Assembly: GCA_009602725.1 (NCBI GenBank) | Contig: WELB01000029.1 | Span: forward strand, 50,326 to 114,325 | DNA: 64,000 nucleotides | Direction of reading: 5' to 3' | Source of the DNA: Spirogloea muscicola | Taxonomy: Eukaryota | Part shown: one piece after another, positions 12,811-26,403 of the stretch | How positions within the stretch are numbered: position 1 is the first letter of the stretch | How the letters are laid out: every line of letters begins with the position of its first letter | The notes under the pieces: generated by a model | Databases searched by the model: none | Seen by the model: the letters and a program-made list of their open reading frames with translations, nothing else | What the model was told of the DNA's origin: nothing | Translations under genes and position numbers: made by a program

Positions 12811-13927
12811 AGGAGTGAGCAGCTCGCCAACCCAGGGCTCAAGGGAGTGCTGAGGCAAGGACGCAGCTGGCATATAGTGGCCTCGATGCCTGTTGCCAGG
12901 CGGTCGGGGCAGAGGGCCTGAAAGGCCTGCGAGAGCTTTCCTGCTCTTCCGAAGAGCCTTGCATGCGCTAGTCGCCAGCCATGATTAATGAGAGGGCTGG
13001 TTGACTGCGCCGCCAAGCCCACGCCCACGCCATTTTGCGAGCGCGACCTGTGCGGCTGCTGCATACTGCTGCGCCAGCTCCTCCAGTCGGCCGCTTTCAG
13101 AACGAGCCAGTCGTCCCGGAGGCACTTGCGGCCATGGACGTCATAGGAGGATAGAGGGCCAAGCACAACCGGGAGACGGCAAGACTCCTCCCACCTCCTT
13201 CACTCTCCAACATGTTGACCGACCCCTGCGGAGCAACATGAGATAAGCTCACAGTAGCTGCCACCATTTAGCTCTTGCTTGCTGGCCTGCATTTGCACAG
13301 CCTCTATGGCTGTAAGAGAAGTCCTTGTTGATTGGCAGAGATATCTGGCACCTCTCCGTCTACAATGCAAGCTCAAGGAAGACGATAAACTCAGACTCCT
13401 GCAAGGAAAAGACCTGACCTGACCTATGAACGAGGAATGGACATGCCAAGAGTCTATTCAAAGGAAAGCAGCTAACCAGAGCAGACGAAAGAGCCGCCAG
13501 GAGGGCTCAGCATTGCATTAAGGGCGCCCATGGTGAAGACGAGTAGCAGCACCAGCAGCAATACGGTACCACAGCAAGGTAAGGCCTCCAGAACACATTT
13601 GGTCGGGACTTCCAGAACAATCTAGCTGACATGCTCCATACCTGGCACATGACCACAGCACTCCATCTCAACCCCAGCCATGCTTCCTCGATGGCAAAGA
13701 GTTACCATGCTAACCTTTGATACTGTGCTCCGCAGCTTAGGCAGCCAGTAGCACATGCTCCCCTCGCAGTATGGCCTATCTGCCCAGCCATTGGCAAAGA
13801 GAGGCTGGGACACCATATGGCACAGGACAGTAAAGCGAGCACCACCTCAAGTGCATAGCCGCGCACCATTGTTGATACTTGCATCTCAATGGGTGGTCAC
13901 GTCATTGAAGTGCTGCAAGTGGTCACC

Positions 13928-16900
13928 TCATTGCCCTGCAAGACCTCGCCCCTTTCCTCGCCTCTTTGATGCAGCCCATTCAAAGTGGTCACAACAAGCT
14001 TCAGGATTATCTGGAGGTCCCTGCCAACAACAAATGCCTTGCCCAAACCGCGTCATTGAATGACTAATAGCTCGTGGAGCGCGCACGGGCTTCTGCTAGC
14101 AGTCTGTGCAAACAGACTGGTGCCAAGTACTGCTGACGATGACCACAAATGAATGTGACCATGCAACCCACCTTTGCTCGAGCACACACGTAGAAACCTC
14201 GTCCGATGTTAGCCCCTGCCTTCTTGACCACGCGGCCAACACACCTTTCTCCGTGACCCTTGCAGACAGGAGCCCTGTCCGACATACTTCTTTGAATGCG
14301 CTGCCACTCTGCTGTTGCTGCAGCTGAAGCATCTCTATGCCTGTTGCTCAATTCGTCAATTTCCTGCAACCACCATAGTGGTTCTGGCTGGGATTCACTA
14401 TCCTTTCCCAAGGTATCGGATCCTCCAGACACCGGTCTTTCAATAGTACTGCCGTGATCAGAACTGGGTAACTGCCCTTCTTCTTTTACGTACTGTCGTC
14501 TCTTTGCTGTACCGCCAGAAACTTGCCCCTGTCTTGGCCCAAAGAATGCACTCAAGCTGCTCTGACGGGGTACAGGGCGCTTGACTCCTGCTGAAGGCGT
14601 GAAGTCAATCGGGTCAGCTTGACAAGATTGTCTTGTGTGAGCCTCAACATCTGACGAACCAGTGACTCCATTCGTCCTCTCACGCGCTTGTTGGGCAGTG
14701 CCCTCTGGGATAAGCAAGGACCTCTCTTCTGCTGCAATCTCCACTTTCCCCGCTGTTGAGCAGGTTTGTGTTTCCTTCAACAACACTTGCTCGTCCTTCT
14801 GCTGTCTTTCCACCACATTTTCAGCACGAAGGGCCACATGTTCTTCAGACAAGGGCCTAGCTTTGTCTTGTAGCATCTCCACTGCAAAACGACTTAGTGA
14901 TACGCAGCGTCACATTTTTGGAGGTGGACTTCTGGATAAGCATACACATGAATATCTGATCATTCAATGAAGTTGCTGAACATCGATAGCCTTCGACATA
15001 GAGCATGCTTAGTCCTTAATTTGGATATGCCCACTTAGTGATGCAGGACACTTGCCAGAAAGAGCAAGGGGTGCTCATTTGGCAATTCGCCATGCACGAT
15101 AATGGCACCGAAAACATTGGCATGCTGGATACAATAAACACATGCTGGATACAATCAAACAAAGAGAAGAGTACTTGCTGCTAGTACGCATACTCCGTGA
15201 CCTTGTTCACTCACCTAGTTTCAGCTGACGACCATGGAGCTCAGGGAGGTAACGCGCTGCAAGAGGTGGGATCTCATGGTCAGCAACTGGTCCTGGTGAA
15301 GTGAGTCTGACATACACAGGGGCATGGTCTGAGCCTTCAAGTCTCAGGCTCCGTCCTCCTAACCACCTAAAGACGGTATACAAGATTTACGATGTAAGAA
15401 GCTGCGTAAGACAATCTGCGTTCCTGCAGGAAAGAGCAGGTCTGATCGAGCTCCACTACTAAGTGTCACATCAGCAGAAAAGAGCGCACAGACCGGTGCT
15501 TTGGAAGCAGTACTGGCGGGGAAACCATGAAAATTAAGCACTGGTCTACTATTTTTTCACAACTTTCAAGACGAGTATCTTACCGTGGCAGACAGTCCGC
15601 TTTCATCCGCTTGAAAGCAAGCATGATGTCACAGTCTGTTACGTCACACTTGACAAAGTTGTGCTCCTTGTCGCTTTCTGTGAAGCAGCTGTCTTTGTTC
15701 TCACTCATGGAAGCCTCGTTGCTTTCCACCTGACTCTGAACATTCTGAATGGGCTCTCTACTAAAATGCCAACCTTTGACTTGCTCAGAATCATTCTGTT
15801 GGGAGGCATCCAGCTGACAGTCCGTACCAGTTGTCCTTTCTCTGTTCCCAGCAGCATCAAAGCTCTCCAGGGAGTCATAATTTTCATTCTTATTAGCTAG
15901 AATGCTCTCTGTTAGAGTGCCTCTCCTCCTTCCCCAACAGTCTTGGGATGCTTGCAATGCTCCTGCTTCAACAAAATGACAGCAGGGTCCAGCTGCTAAT
16001 ATGAGGTCAATGCGTACACCGTAATTGAACTCCTCTGCTCCAGAAGCTTGCGACCAGCATGTGTATGCTTCTTTCCTGTCGGATACAGCAACAACTCTCC
16101 CCTTCAGTCGTCGAACCCTGATAGCCAGCCACCAAAATGGAAATCTTGACTACCTGGTTGTGACAGTGGGACGTGTACGTGCTACAGGATGAGCTAGAAG
16201 CTGGCGTATTAGCAAAGGTACACACCTGTTTGGTTGTAAACTGCGGAAGACGTCGTGAAATGGTCCCCCAGTATGAGGCAGCATGGAATTTAGCCATCGC
16301 CGGCAAGGATTCTCTTCGAAGTCTGAACCAGGGCTGCAGGAATCTATGGCAGCAGGCGCGATGTTGTAGTCCCCGACTGCAATCACTCTTCTACCCCTAC
16401 TCAGGAGCGCCTCCCACCTTCGCTACAGACAACGACAGGGGAGACAGCATCCCATGTTGACGATAAGCTTAGTAGTGCTGCTCAAGTGAAGGTCTTGCAG
16501 CAGGCAGGAAGCAAATGCAGCAATGGTAGAGGGCCCTTCTTCATGCTAAGTAGGGTCCTTCTTCATGCTAAGTAAGGGACTGAAATTAGTACGACGGACA
16601 TCAGTACAAGGGAGATAGTAGACATTAGCTGCTACGACCTACCTGAAGGGCAGCATAGAAGAGCAGCTTATATTTCAAGCGCTCCTCGTTACCAGGCTCC
16701 ACACGAGGGCCATAGAAGTTGAACAGCACTGAAGCAACACGCATGACATGGAAAGAATGGCTGAGTCTCAAGAAAGTCAGCTTTGTGTTGAAAGCTTCAG
16801 CACCACTGCTCTTCAAACCTAGCGTCCTGCATGAGTTGCACAAGAGGAACATATTCACTGACTGTTCTGCACTAGACCTGATTCAAGTGTCAACCTCCCA

Positions 16901-17915
16901 AGGTACACGACACTCAGTCTGCAACTTTGCCACAATCTCACGATTGACCTCGGCTGCAGTCTATAATGCAAGCCTCCATAGAAGTAGAGCTGGTAGCAAT
17001 GCCAGCGTACCAAAGGCGCCATGATCAGTGACAATGCACCGTCCCTCGGTGTCCAGCTGCAGCAGTTCGTGCCTGGAGACGCCCTCCATTGCCCAGACGC
17101 CCTCATAGGCGCCAATCCTGCCTTTGGTATCTCCAAGCTCACCAACAGAGTCACAATGGAGTAGACCTGTGAAGCCCTCGTCCGCAGCAAGCGGAAGAGC
17201 TGCAGTCGTGCTGCTACCCATCGTCTTGCAGAATGTGGCAACTCCTGCAGTGCCAGCAACCTCACAGTGATGCACTGACGAGCTGATCACAGACTCCACC
17301 GCGACGTGCAAAGCTGACACCACCTTGCATGCTCGGCTGTTTCAAATGTAACTAGACTGAGAGCATGTGCACAAAGCCACAGTGCGGCTTCATGGGCTTC
17401 ATGGCTTCATGGGCATAGCTTCAAGAGCTCTGACGACCTGAGCAAGGAGAATGGACCAAAGGGGTGCAACTAGGTGCTGCTGTAAGTCCTGCTCGAGGAT
17501 ACCTGAGTAGCCGACACGGCCGCGCTTGGAGCCGCGCGCAAAGGAGAAGAAGGACTCGTAGTTCTCAGCGACGGCGACGTCCTCCGTGATGTCGTGCCGC
17601 GCCAGCTTGGTCTCCTGCCAATTTGCGGAGGCGGGCAGCACCATCAGCAAGTCGCGTTCGGCACATCGCAATCGCGACGGCAGAGCCGCTTTCCTAGCCA
17701 GCTGGAGCGTGAGAGCGCCACCGCCGGCGGCACGGCAGAGGGGGAGTCTGGCAGGCGGCGCCGGGAGGCAGCCTAGGGTTTGACGTTGAGGATTTAGGTT
17801 CAGGGACCTGAAAGCATACGATGTCAGCGTCGAGCGCGTCCAGGAGGCGGCGCAGGCCGCGGTGCTGCTGCACGCGGGCCCGCAGGCCGTTCACGTTGTA
17901 CGTCACGATCTTCAT
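13928..17915 (-). CDS. APE2: DNA-(apurinic/apyrimidinic site) endonuclease 2 (ExoIII family, PIP box, GRF zinc finger), multi-exon
   Basis: [12 protein letters not shown]...[58 protein letters not shown]-like QSSLSAFF and a GRF finger CKGHGERC...GRGFYVCAR...CDHFEW. Stop TGA at 13928-13930. Confidence 0.95.
17774..17781 (-). promoter_or_regulatory. Telo-box (AAACCCTA) in APE2 intron 1
   Basis: Exact AAACCCTA on the gene's strand. Imperfect copies at ~18081 (APE2 5' region) and ~4503 (upstream of the rhodanese gene). Telo-boxes are known near plant TSSs; function here is inferred. Confidence 0.35.
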
Positions 17916-18329
17916 GCCGCCGCCGCTCGGGGGACTGCGGCAACCTGGCGGCGCGGTGGCCCCGCCTCGCCCCGGCGGGGCCCCGCCCCTCTCCTCTGCT
18001 TGCCCATGTACTTGGCCACCGAGGCCCTCCATCTCTCAGTACACACTCCATTCCCGCTTCTCTGCTTGCTTGCCAAGGTTCAGGGTTTAGAGTTAGGATT
18101 CCGGGGTCTACCAGCAACTTCAGGCCCCCTACCCCTGAGCCCTAGGCCTTGTTCCTCGCGCTTTTCTTCTTTCTTTGTTCCTCACGTGAGGCGTGTCGAT
18201 CTGGCAAACGTCCCCAATAGGAGGTGGCAAGCGGCTCCTTGTGGTTGACGCTTGCCAGTCGGGGGCACCCACGCCACACACGAACTTTTCCACGCCGTGC
18301 CTAACTATGCCAAAACCCATGCATGCGGA

Positions 18330-21300
18330 AAAAGTGGCTCTCCCAATGGGGGCAAGGGGGTTTTACGTGTATTTGAAACAAACGAAGGCCACATGGCCAA
18401 GTACAAAGGCAAGCACATCTTAAGACCTACATAACCTACGGGGGCTGTGAGAAGCCAGCCCGAAAAGAGTTGGCAAGGTTCGAAGGGGCCAGTCTACGAA
18501 GGGGCCAGAAGCGCTTTCTCAGGAAGAAGCAAGCGCGGCCAGATTAACTGGTGGCTGGGAGAGGCCAGCCCAAAAGAATGGACAAGGTCTGAAGGAGTCG
18601 GAGTGCTAAGAAAGAAGTGACCTCCTCCAAAGTGAGAAGGCGCGCGGTGCGCATTGAATGCACCGCATTGATTGAATGCAAGGAAGGCCCTTTCCAGCCA
18701 AACGAGGAGGAAGACGCTTCCAGTAGAGGGTGATGAGATGGCGACGTCTTTCCGCCTGCTAGCTATTCAGATTTGCATATACTGGCTAGAGGTTACTGAG
18801 AGTCTGCTTGCTGCTGTCTCAGTCCTTAGCACTCCGGCTCCTCCAGACATTGTCCATTCCTTTTGGGCTGGCCTCTCCCAGCCACCAGTTAATCTGGCCG
18901 CGCTTGCTCCGAAGAGGCCAGCCCAGAAAGAGAATGAACAAGATTCGAAGGGGCCAGAAAATGCTCTAAAGCACACTCTGACCCAAGTGGCCACGAGGCA
19001 CTCAATAACCCCTGTTGAGCAGCCGCCGGTCAGAGAGACCAGTCTCCGGGTAGCGACGAAAGTGCTCGCCCATAGGGAAGAGGGGCTGGCAAAGGGGGTA
19101 GCGGCTCCTGCCAGAACCAGAGGCTGCAGCCGATGCGCGACCGGCACATCCAGGAGAGGCGGGGGGCCGAAAGGCGCCAAAACCACACAGCTATGCAAGA
19201 GACCACAGCGAACGGGAGCTTAGTAATCCCGAGTCAGCAGCCGCAAGTCAGTGTAACTTGCAGCTGGAAAAGGAGGCACTCCAACGAGACCCGGAAGTAG
19301 CAGCCAAAGCGCGGCCTGCCCGCAAGTGCACTGCGTGATCCTGGGACCGTTGGAAGGAAATGGATAGCCGCATACGGAACACTTGGGCAAGTGATCATCG
19401 GCATTGAAGGCGGGCATGCTCCCATTGCTGTCCCTGCAAAAGGAGGAGCGGCACTACAAGAAGTGAGCTCCTCCAAAGGGGGCGGGGGCTGTGAATGGCC
19501 AGCCCAGAAGGAATGGACAAGGTCCAAAGGGCCGAATGAGAAAGGCGCGCCCATAGAAAAGAGGGGCTGGCCAAGCCAGCCCAAAAAAGAATGGACAATG
19601 TCCAAAGCCAAAGCAAGAGGAGCCGGAGAAAGGACTACACTACTACATACTGCAGAACACAGAAACGATGCAGAGGAAAGCTCAGTACCCACGAGTGAGC
19701 AACATCAGGTCTGAGTAGCTCGCTGCAGGGAAAGAGGCGCTCCGCCGAATGGCGCCAAAAACCACAGCTATACAAGAGACTACAGCAAATGGGAGCTTGA
19801 TAACCGCGAGTCAGCAGCCGCAAGTCGGAGTAACTTGCATTTGGAAAAGATATTGGAAAAGAGGCACCCAAAGGAGATACAGAAGTAGCAGCCAAGCGCG
19901 GCATGCCCGCAAGTGCTCTGCGTGAGCCGGGGAACGTTGGAAGGAATTAGACGCTTCCAGTAGAGGGCAGTGGCCGTGAGAGGCCAGCCCAGAGAAAAGA
20001 TTGAACAAGTTCGAGGGGAAGGAGACGGACAGCCCACATGCGGAACACCTGGGCAAGCGACCCGGCAACGTCGGAAATTATAGCAAAATAGAAGATAGAA
20101 GATAGAAGAAGAAGCAACTAGGAGCTTAGTAATCCCGAGTCAGTGCAAGTCGGAGTAACTTGCAACTGGAAACGAGAAGGCGGGGCGGTGTGCATGCAAT
20201 GAAAGGGTGGCCAGATCAACCCACCCTGTCATGTCAGCCGATACAATATTAGGCCAACACAATGTTCAGGCAAAAGCTAGTGCAAAAGCAGCAAGCGCGG
20301 CCAGAATAACTGGTGGCTGGGAGAGGCCAGCCCAAAGGAATGGAAAAGGTCTGGAGGAGCCGGAGTGCTAAGGACTGAGACAGCAGCAAGCGGACTCTCA
20401 ATAACCTCTAGTCAGTAGATGCAAATCTGAATGGCTAGCAGGCGGAAAGATGTCGCCCTGACGGAAGCTGGAGGCCGCCGCCAGAGCGCGGCCTGCGCGC
20501 AAGTGGACCGCGAAAGCTAGGGACCGCTGCAAAGAGAGAAGGCGCGCGGTGCGCATGAAATTGAAAGGAAGGCCAATCCTAGCCTTACAAATGACCTGTT
20601 AACTGGGTAATGGGCTGGCTAAGGGGGACACTAATAACCCCGAGTGAGCACATGCATATCTGACAAGCTATACTGAGGCGCCAAACCACCACCACGGAAG
20701 CCATTAGCCTGGGCAAAGAGACAGCCAAACGCATCCGGTAGAGTTGGGCGAGGGACCCTGCGACATGGAAGCCAGGCTGCTCGCCCTGCTGCCCATGGCG
20801 GCGGGCCGCTGCTCGCCGCGCAAGGTGGTGAAGCAGGTCAAGCCATTTGGCGACAAAGGCGCTGTGTACGTCGACGCAAAAAGTGGGGCTACATGAAACA
20901 AGAGAAGACGCTTCGAGTAGAGGGCGGTGGCTGTGAGAAGAAGTGGCTCTTTCAATGGGGGCAAGGGCTGTGAAAAGCCAGCCCGACAAGAATTGACAAG
21001 GTTCGAAGGGGTCAAACTACGAGCTAAGCAGCGACTTCGGGGCCTGAAGAGGCTATGGCAGAACGGGGGAGGATGGACCACTCAGTAATTACGAGTGAGG
21101 AGCCTCAAATCCGAGAGGCCAGCCCAGAAGAAAGGATGAACAGAGTTCGAAGGGGCCAGAGAAGCTACATAGCACACAGTGAACCACGTAGTCACGAAGC
21201 ACTCAGTAACCTCGGTTGAGCATGAAGCGGAGTCCTATGCGAACACGCCGACCACCCGGCTGCCGACGAGTTCGTCCCCCTGGCTGTGGACGTGCATGGG

Positions 21301-21430
21301 GCTCTCGGATCCCACTGGCTCGACCTGTTGGCCAGGCTTGCACGGCGCGCTGTGTCCCGCAGGCGCGGTGAGCCGGCTGACTTCAACGCCGCTGGCTCGT
21401 GGGCTCAGGTGTATCGTATGCGCTTGTCCG
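18330..21430. mobile_element. Dense mosaic of truncated CRE-like LINE 3' fragments from several subfamilies, between divergent APE2 and PhyH genes
   Basis: L(L)TR[G/D/N]Y* ends at ~18798(+), 19220, 19682, 19798, 20127, 20398, 20632 and 21081 (all -). Repeated GGGCTGG...CAGCCC termini. RLE fragment (DHPAADEFVPLAVDVHG) at 21240-21430 (+). Confidence 0.85.
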
Positions 21431-21942
21431 NNNNNNNNNNNNNNNNNNNNNNNNNNNNNNNNNNNNNNNNNNNNNNNNNNNNNNNNNNNNNNNNNNNNNN
21501 NNNNNNNNNNNNNNNNNNNNNNNNNNNNNNNNNNNNNNNNNNNNNNNNNNNNNNNNNNNNNNNNNNNNNNNNNNNNNNNNNNNNNNNNNNNNNNNNNNNN
21601 NNNNNNNNNNNNNNNNNNNNNNNNNNNNNNNNNNNNNNNNNNNNNNNNNNNNNNNNNNNNNNNNNNNNNNNNNNNNNNNNNNNNNNNNNNNNNNNNNNNN
21701 NNNNNNNNNNNNNNNNNNNNNNNNNNNNNNNNNNNNNNNNNNNNNNNNNNNNNNNNNNNNNNNNNNNNNNNNNNNNNNNNNNNNNNNNNNNNNNNNNNNN
21801 NNNNNNNNNNNNNNNNNNNNNNNNNNNNNNNNNNNNNNNNNNNNNNNNNNNNNNNNNNNNNNNNNNNNNNNNNNNNNNNNNNNNNNNNNNNNNNNNNNNN
21901 NNNNNNNNNNNNNNNNNNNNNNNNNNNNNNNNNNNNNNNNNN
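21431..21942. other. Assembly gap
   Basis: Run of N. Confidence 1.
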
Positions 21943-22068
21943 CGCGCCGCTCTGCAGCGGCGCCGCGGCGCAGCCCCAAGCGCCCGCCGGCGCCGTGAAG
22001 TAAGCCTCGCGCCGCCTTCCGCCTCGTGACGGGCTGCTAGGCGGCGCCTCGCGGAGGCGCTGACGCCC

Positions 22069-23912
22069 ATGGCCGACGGCGGCGCCGCGGGCGCACAGGA
22101 TCGCGGAGGAGGACGTGGCTCGGCTGGAGGCCGACGGCGCCACGGTGCTGCGGGGGCTCTTCTCCAGCGCCTGGGTTGACGAGCTGCGCGCCGCTGCCGA
22201 GGCCAACATGCGCCACCCCGGTGCGCGCTCCTCCGCTCGCCTAGGAGCTCCCCGCAGTGCGCAGCCCGCCGGGCTGATGGGATCATCTTTCCCTGCGCAA
22301 GCTCGAGCTCACGGCCGGCGTCGGGGGCGGCCTGCGCAGCGCCGCCGGGCTGAGCTGAGCCGCCCAGTGGCCTGCTCTGCCATTCAGGCCCGCTCTGCGA
22401 CGAGCATGTGAAGCCGGGCGAGGTCCGCCGCCCCTCTCTGAGCCGCCAGTGTCGTGAGGCGCCAATGGCCAGTGACCGTCACCGCCATGCTTCTGAAGCC
22501 CCACTAGCCCTGCTTTCGTCGCTGTCACTCTCGGTTATCTTATTGTCGTGGCCGCCTCACTCCGGTCGCTCCTCCTCCAGCCAGGACGGTTTCACGACGA
22601 CCAGTTCCTGTGGCGGCGCCATGACGCCATGCGGCGCTTCATCCACGAGTCGCCTGTCGCCGACGTGGCCAGGCAGATGATGAGGTTGTCAACCATCCGC
22701 TGCCTGCGATACTGGCACTTCATACACCTGCATTCGCAAAGGATACGCTAATCTGCAAGACAATCGGAGCTAAGGTGATGCGTGGCCCAAACATCAGCAA
22801 ATTCAGCAGCTTCTTGCTGGCACTACCTGTTTCTTTGCCTTGTGTCCCCTCTGCAATTTGCAACTTATTAACATCACAATTGTGGCAGGTCGAGGACGGC
22901 TCGGCTGTTTTACGATCACCTCTTGGTCAAGGAGCCGGGCACTCAGTCGCTTACGCCGTGGCACAACGACCAGTCCTACTGGCACGCCAAGGGCCACCAG
23001 ATCGTCTCCGTGTGGCTGGCACTTGACACCGTGCCTAAGGCTGCATGCGTCAAGTATGTGCGCGGGTCGCACAATTGGAAGCTTCTGCACCAGTATGTGT
23101 CCTATGCTTGACACCTCATTTGCAGGGATGATTTATACGATCATGGCAGCAGCTTTCACGTCCTTGCAGATGACTGACCTCTTAGAGGTTGCAGGAGCAG
23201 CTAGCTCACTTCCTGCTGACACTAGGCTCCTCGTGTGGATCAGAGTGACATCCTTTTCTGGTAACGAAGATCGATATGACACAAGAGGCACCACTGACCT
23301 CCCTCCGATGCCAGACATTGAGAACAAGCTTGACGAGGCAAGCAGCACTGCTCACACTTTTGGCAACAGCAACCTGCGATGCACAGATGCAGCTGACTTG
23401 AGATTGGACCGATGGTGCTGAGCACCCTGCAGGAGGCACCCTGCAGGAGCAGTGAAGTAACCTTAATTCGCTGAAATTCGAATCTTGTGCTATTCTCCAG
23501 CTTGAATTGCTTGCGTGGGACATGGAGCCTGGCGACTGCTTGGTGCACCACGCTTTTGCTGTACACGGAGCCTCCGGCACTTCCACATCCTCACAGAGGC
23601 GACGAGGCTACGCCACGCGCTGGCTTGGAGACGACGTTGTGTTTGACCCACGTCCTGGTGTGCTCCAGAACTCACTCTACTGTTGTAAATGGGTCTTCGT
23701 ATGGTCTGCGCTAATTAGAGCCAGGCAATGGCTGGTAAATGAAGCTCTTTGAACCATCTTGTAGCCTTAAGCAAGCTGATGTAACTTCCTGACACTCATT
23801 GATTTGCGCAGGGACAATGCACTACTCCTGGCTGGCGGCAGGCTTGGACCCCAAGCTGACGCCAGGTGCGCCAATGGAAGCAGATCTTTTCCCTATTGCA
23901 CAAGCAGCTTGA
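22069..23912 (+). CDS. Phytanoyl-CoA dioxygenase (PhyH) family Fe(II)/2-oxoglutarate dioxygenase, multi-exon
   Basis: LEADGATVLRGLFS, GRFHDDQFLWRRH, LFYDHLLVKEPG...TPWHNDQSYW (HxD), VWLALD, YVRGSH, WDMEPGDCLVHH...VHG (distal His), RRRGYATRWLGDD. Stop TGA at 23910-23912. There is a 1-nt frame slip near the start. Confidence 0.88.
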
Positions 23913-24608
23913 GCATATTTTCAGGAAGCCACGTACTCTGTGCGGAAAGTGCAGGCAGGTGCCCTGTACATGTCGTGTGTTGACCTAATAGTTTCGAAGC
24001 TGTGTCAAGCTTTGTCAAACATATACCGCTACCTGGGCCCTAAGCTTGTGCACTACAATAAGCACCAATTATGGCCTGCCAATGCTTGCCCTAGCTTTAG
24101 CCCGAACTGGGGTGGGACTTAGGACATTGCAATGATAGTGCATGCAAGGTAGTCTTGGGAAATTGCATCAGTTACATCAAACATTGCAGTAGCCAGCAGT
24201 TGGACACCACTGGCTACTACAGTGCACATGCTGTATACATCCTTATAGTATAAATTTGGGCTCCCTGGTACGAAGGGATTGCTAAGCAACCATGTACTGC
24301 GACCTAGTGAGCAAACATGGAAGCATATGAGACACCCAACATAATAGTAACACCACCATTACTGCATCAGTTGGATGTGCCCATTTGTGACCATTATTGG
24401 AATTCTATCTATGTATAAAGTCAAGTACGAGCTCTGGCGCAGGTCGGCAGCATGGCGTCTTACTAGCAAAATGTTGCTTCTTCAAGGTCATGATAGGCCA
24501 TGAGGATACAAATAGGGTCAACTCACGCTCACTTTCTAGAACTACCTTAATTCTTGCCTTATACTGCATGGGAGTATCGGGTAAACCGTTGTGGGGGGAG
24601 CTAGGCTT

Positions 24609-26403
24609 CTAGAAATTGAAGTGGTGGATGGCTTCGATAATGCCTCCAGCACATCTCTCTGTGGCGCGGAAAATGTGCTCTGCACCCCTATGTTTGTCCT
24701 CATACCATCGCACCAGCTCCTCCATAGCATTGCTCACCTGCCAAGCAGTTCAGCCAGGACTTAGCACAACAAAAGCCCACGGGATGCGACAATGTATTCG
24801 TCAGCACATAAGCATGGTGAACATCACTATGACACCTCATTTGAAAGCTCGTCAAGCTGACAATGTGAAGCGGCCTTGGCTACACTTGAGAAACTACTTA
24901 CAAATGCCACTTATGTACCCTTGAGTAGTTATCACTTACCATGACACCCTTGACGGTTGGCACATCAAAGAGCTCAGCGTCATTGCCAGAGTCGCCGCAG
25001 ACAAGCGTGTTCTTGGGCGTCCTGCCTTCCTTTTTGAACTTCTCCAGCAGGTAAGCCAGAGCAGCTCCCTTGCCGGCGCCAGAAGACAGCACGTCAAGGT
25101 CAATGCCGCCGCTGTATATCAACTTTGCTTTTACCTGCACAGAATGATGAAGCCCACCCTTTGTGAATGAAGCCACCACGTTCTATAGATAGTTTCAGTG
25201 ATGTGGACATGCAAGTACCAGCTGTCCCCATCTACCTTGTGCCACAAACTGTGTGGTTAGGCTCGACCTGAAGGTCTAGCCAGACAAGTGGCGCCATCTT
25301 TGACAGTGCTGGGACCACTCTTCAGCGCCTTTCTGCAAAATCACTGGCGAAGTGTATACTTACCCCTCTGTCCCTGAAATTTGACTCCATGGCCTCGATG
25401 ACGGCCTTGGCTTGCTCCTTGTTGACATGGAACGATACCTTGTGAGGCCTCTGCTCACTCTCCTCCTGAGAGCAAGTGAGGATGGAGAGGCTTGTATACT
25501 TGTCCATATGCACATCTTCTTCAGTACATGCAGGCTTCTTATCTGGAGGTGCTCAAGTGAAGCTCAAGGCATCTAAGTGTATTGACCAAGACTCTCTGAG
25601 GGCTTTTTGTGTCTGGGCTGCTACAGAGATCGTCAAGGCGCCTGAGGCCCGCTGCAAAATGCGCACCTGGAACTTGAGATCGGAGTGTTTTTTGGCCTCT
25701 TCCACAACGACAGCGCGGTCCCAGCCCTGGTCCAGGATCTTCTCCCACTCGGAGTCGGGCGTGAGGGAGTCGCCGTATACAATCTCTGTGCCGACGGACA
25801 TGATTGTGATGTTGGGCGTCAGAAGGGGCTGCTCCTCCCGGAGCTTCTCGTATAGGTGAGGCGACCGGCCTGCTCCCAAGCCCCACACAGCTCTGCTCAG
25901 ATCGATCAGCAGAGTCAAGGCTTGGCTAGAACCAGCGGCACTCCCAGAGTGGTTTCACAAGACAGCCAGGCAATCACTGTTACACGCTGAAGTGCTTCAA
26001 GCAAACCCATTGCCAGCTCTGGAGCAGTGTGGCTCAGTGCCGATGCCACGTCCGGTGGGAGCACATTGGGTCAGGGGAGAACAGACAAGTCAATGCAGCA
26101 GAGCATACCGGTCGAGAACACGAGAAGCGAGTCCTTGGAGAACTTCTCGGTCCACAGCTTGCCAAACTCTTTGAGGGAGGTGTGCTCTGGATCCTTGTGG
26201 TCGACCTGGCCGCCACGGCAGGCCACAATCCCACGCGCAGGAGAGGCACCCAGGTAAGCGAGTGCTGTAGCGCCGCGAGCTCCTCGAAGGGCGCTGCAGA
26301 GCGCCTTCCCATTGGCACAGGGCCTAGGATCGGAATGGCTCACCATGGTGTTATCAAGGTCTGACACAAGGAGGAGGTTGATGGGGTCTTGCGAGGCCGC
26401 CAT
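24609..26403 (-). CDS. SPP: Sucrose-phosphatase (S6PP, HAD family), 6 exons, catalytic domain only
   Basis: LLVSDLDNTMVDH (DxDxT), LVFSTGRS, IMSVGTEI, EQRPHKVSF, IYSGGIDLDVL...GKGAALAYL, TLVCGDSGNDAELF, VSNAMEEL...RCAGGIIEAIHHFNF* (TAG at 24609-24611). Confidence 0.95.

Noticed and set aside
18330..21430. Recurring hairpin repeats with variable spacers resembling a CRISPR or attC-cassette array
   Set aside because: Spacing and orientation are irregular, the context is eukaryotic, there is no cas or integrase gene, and the repeats are demonstrably LINE 3' UTRs.
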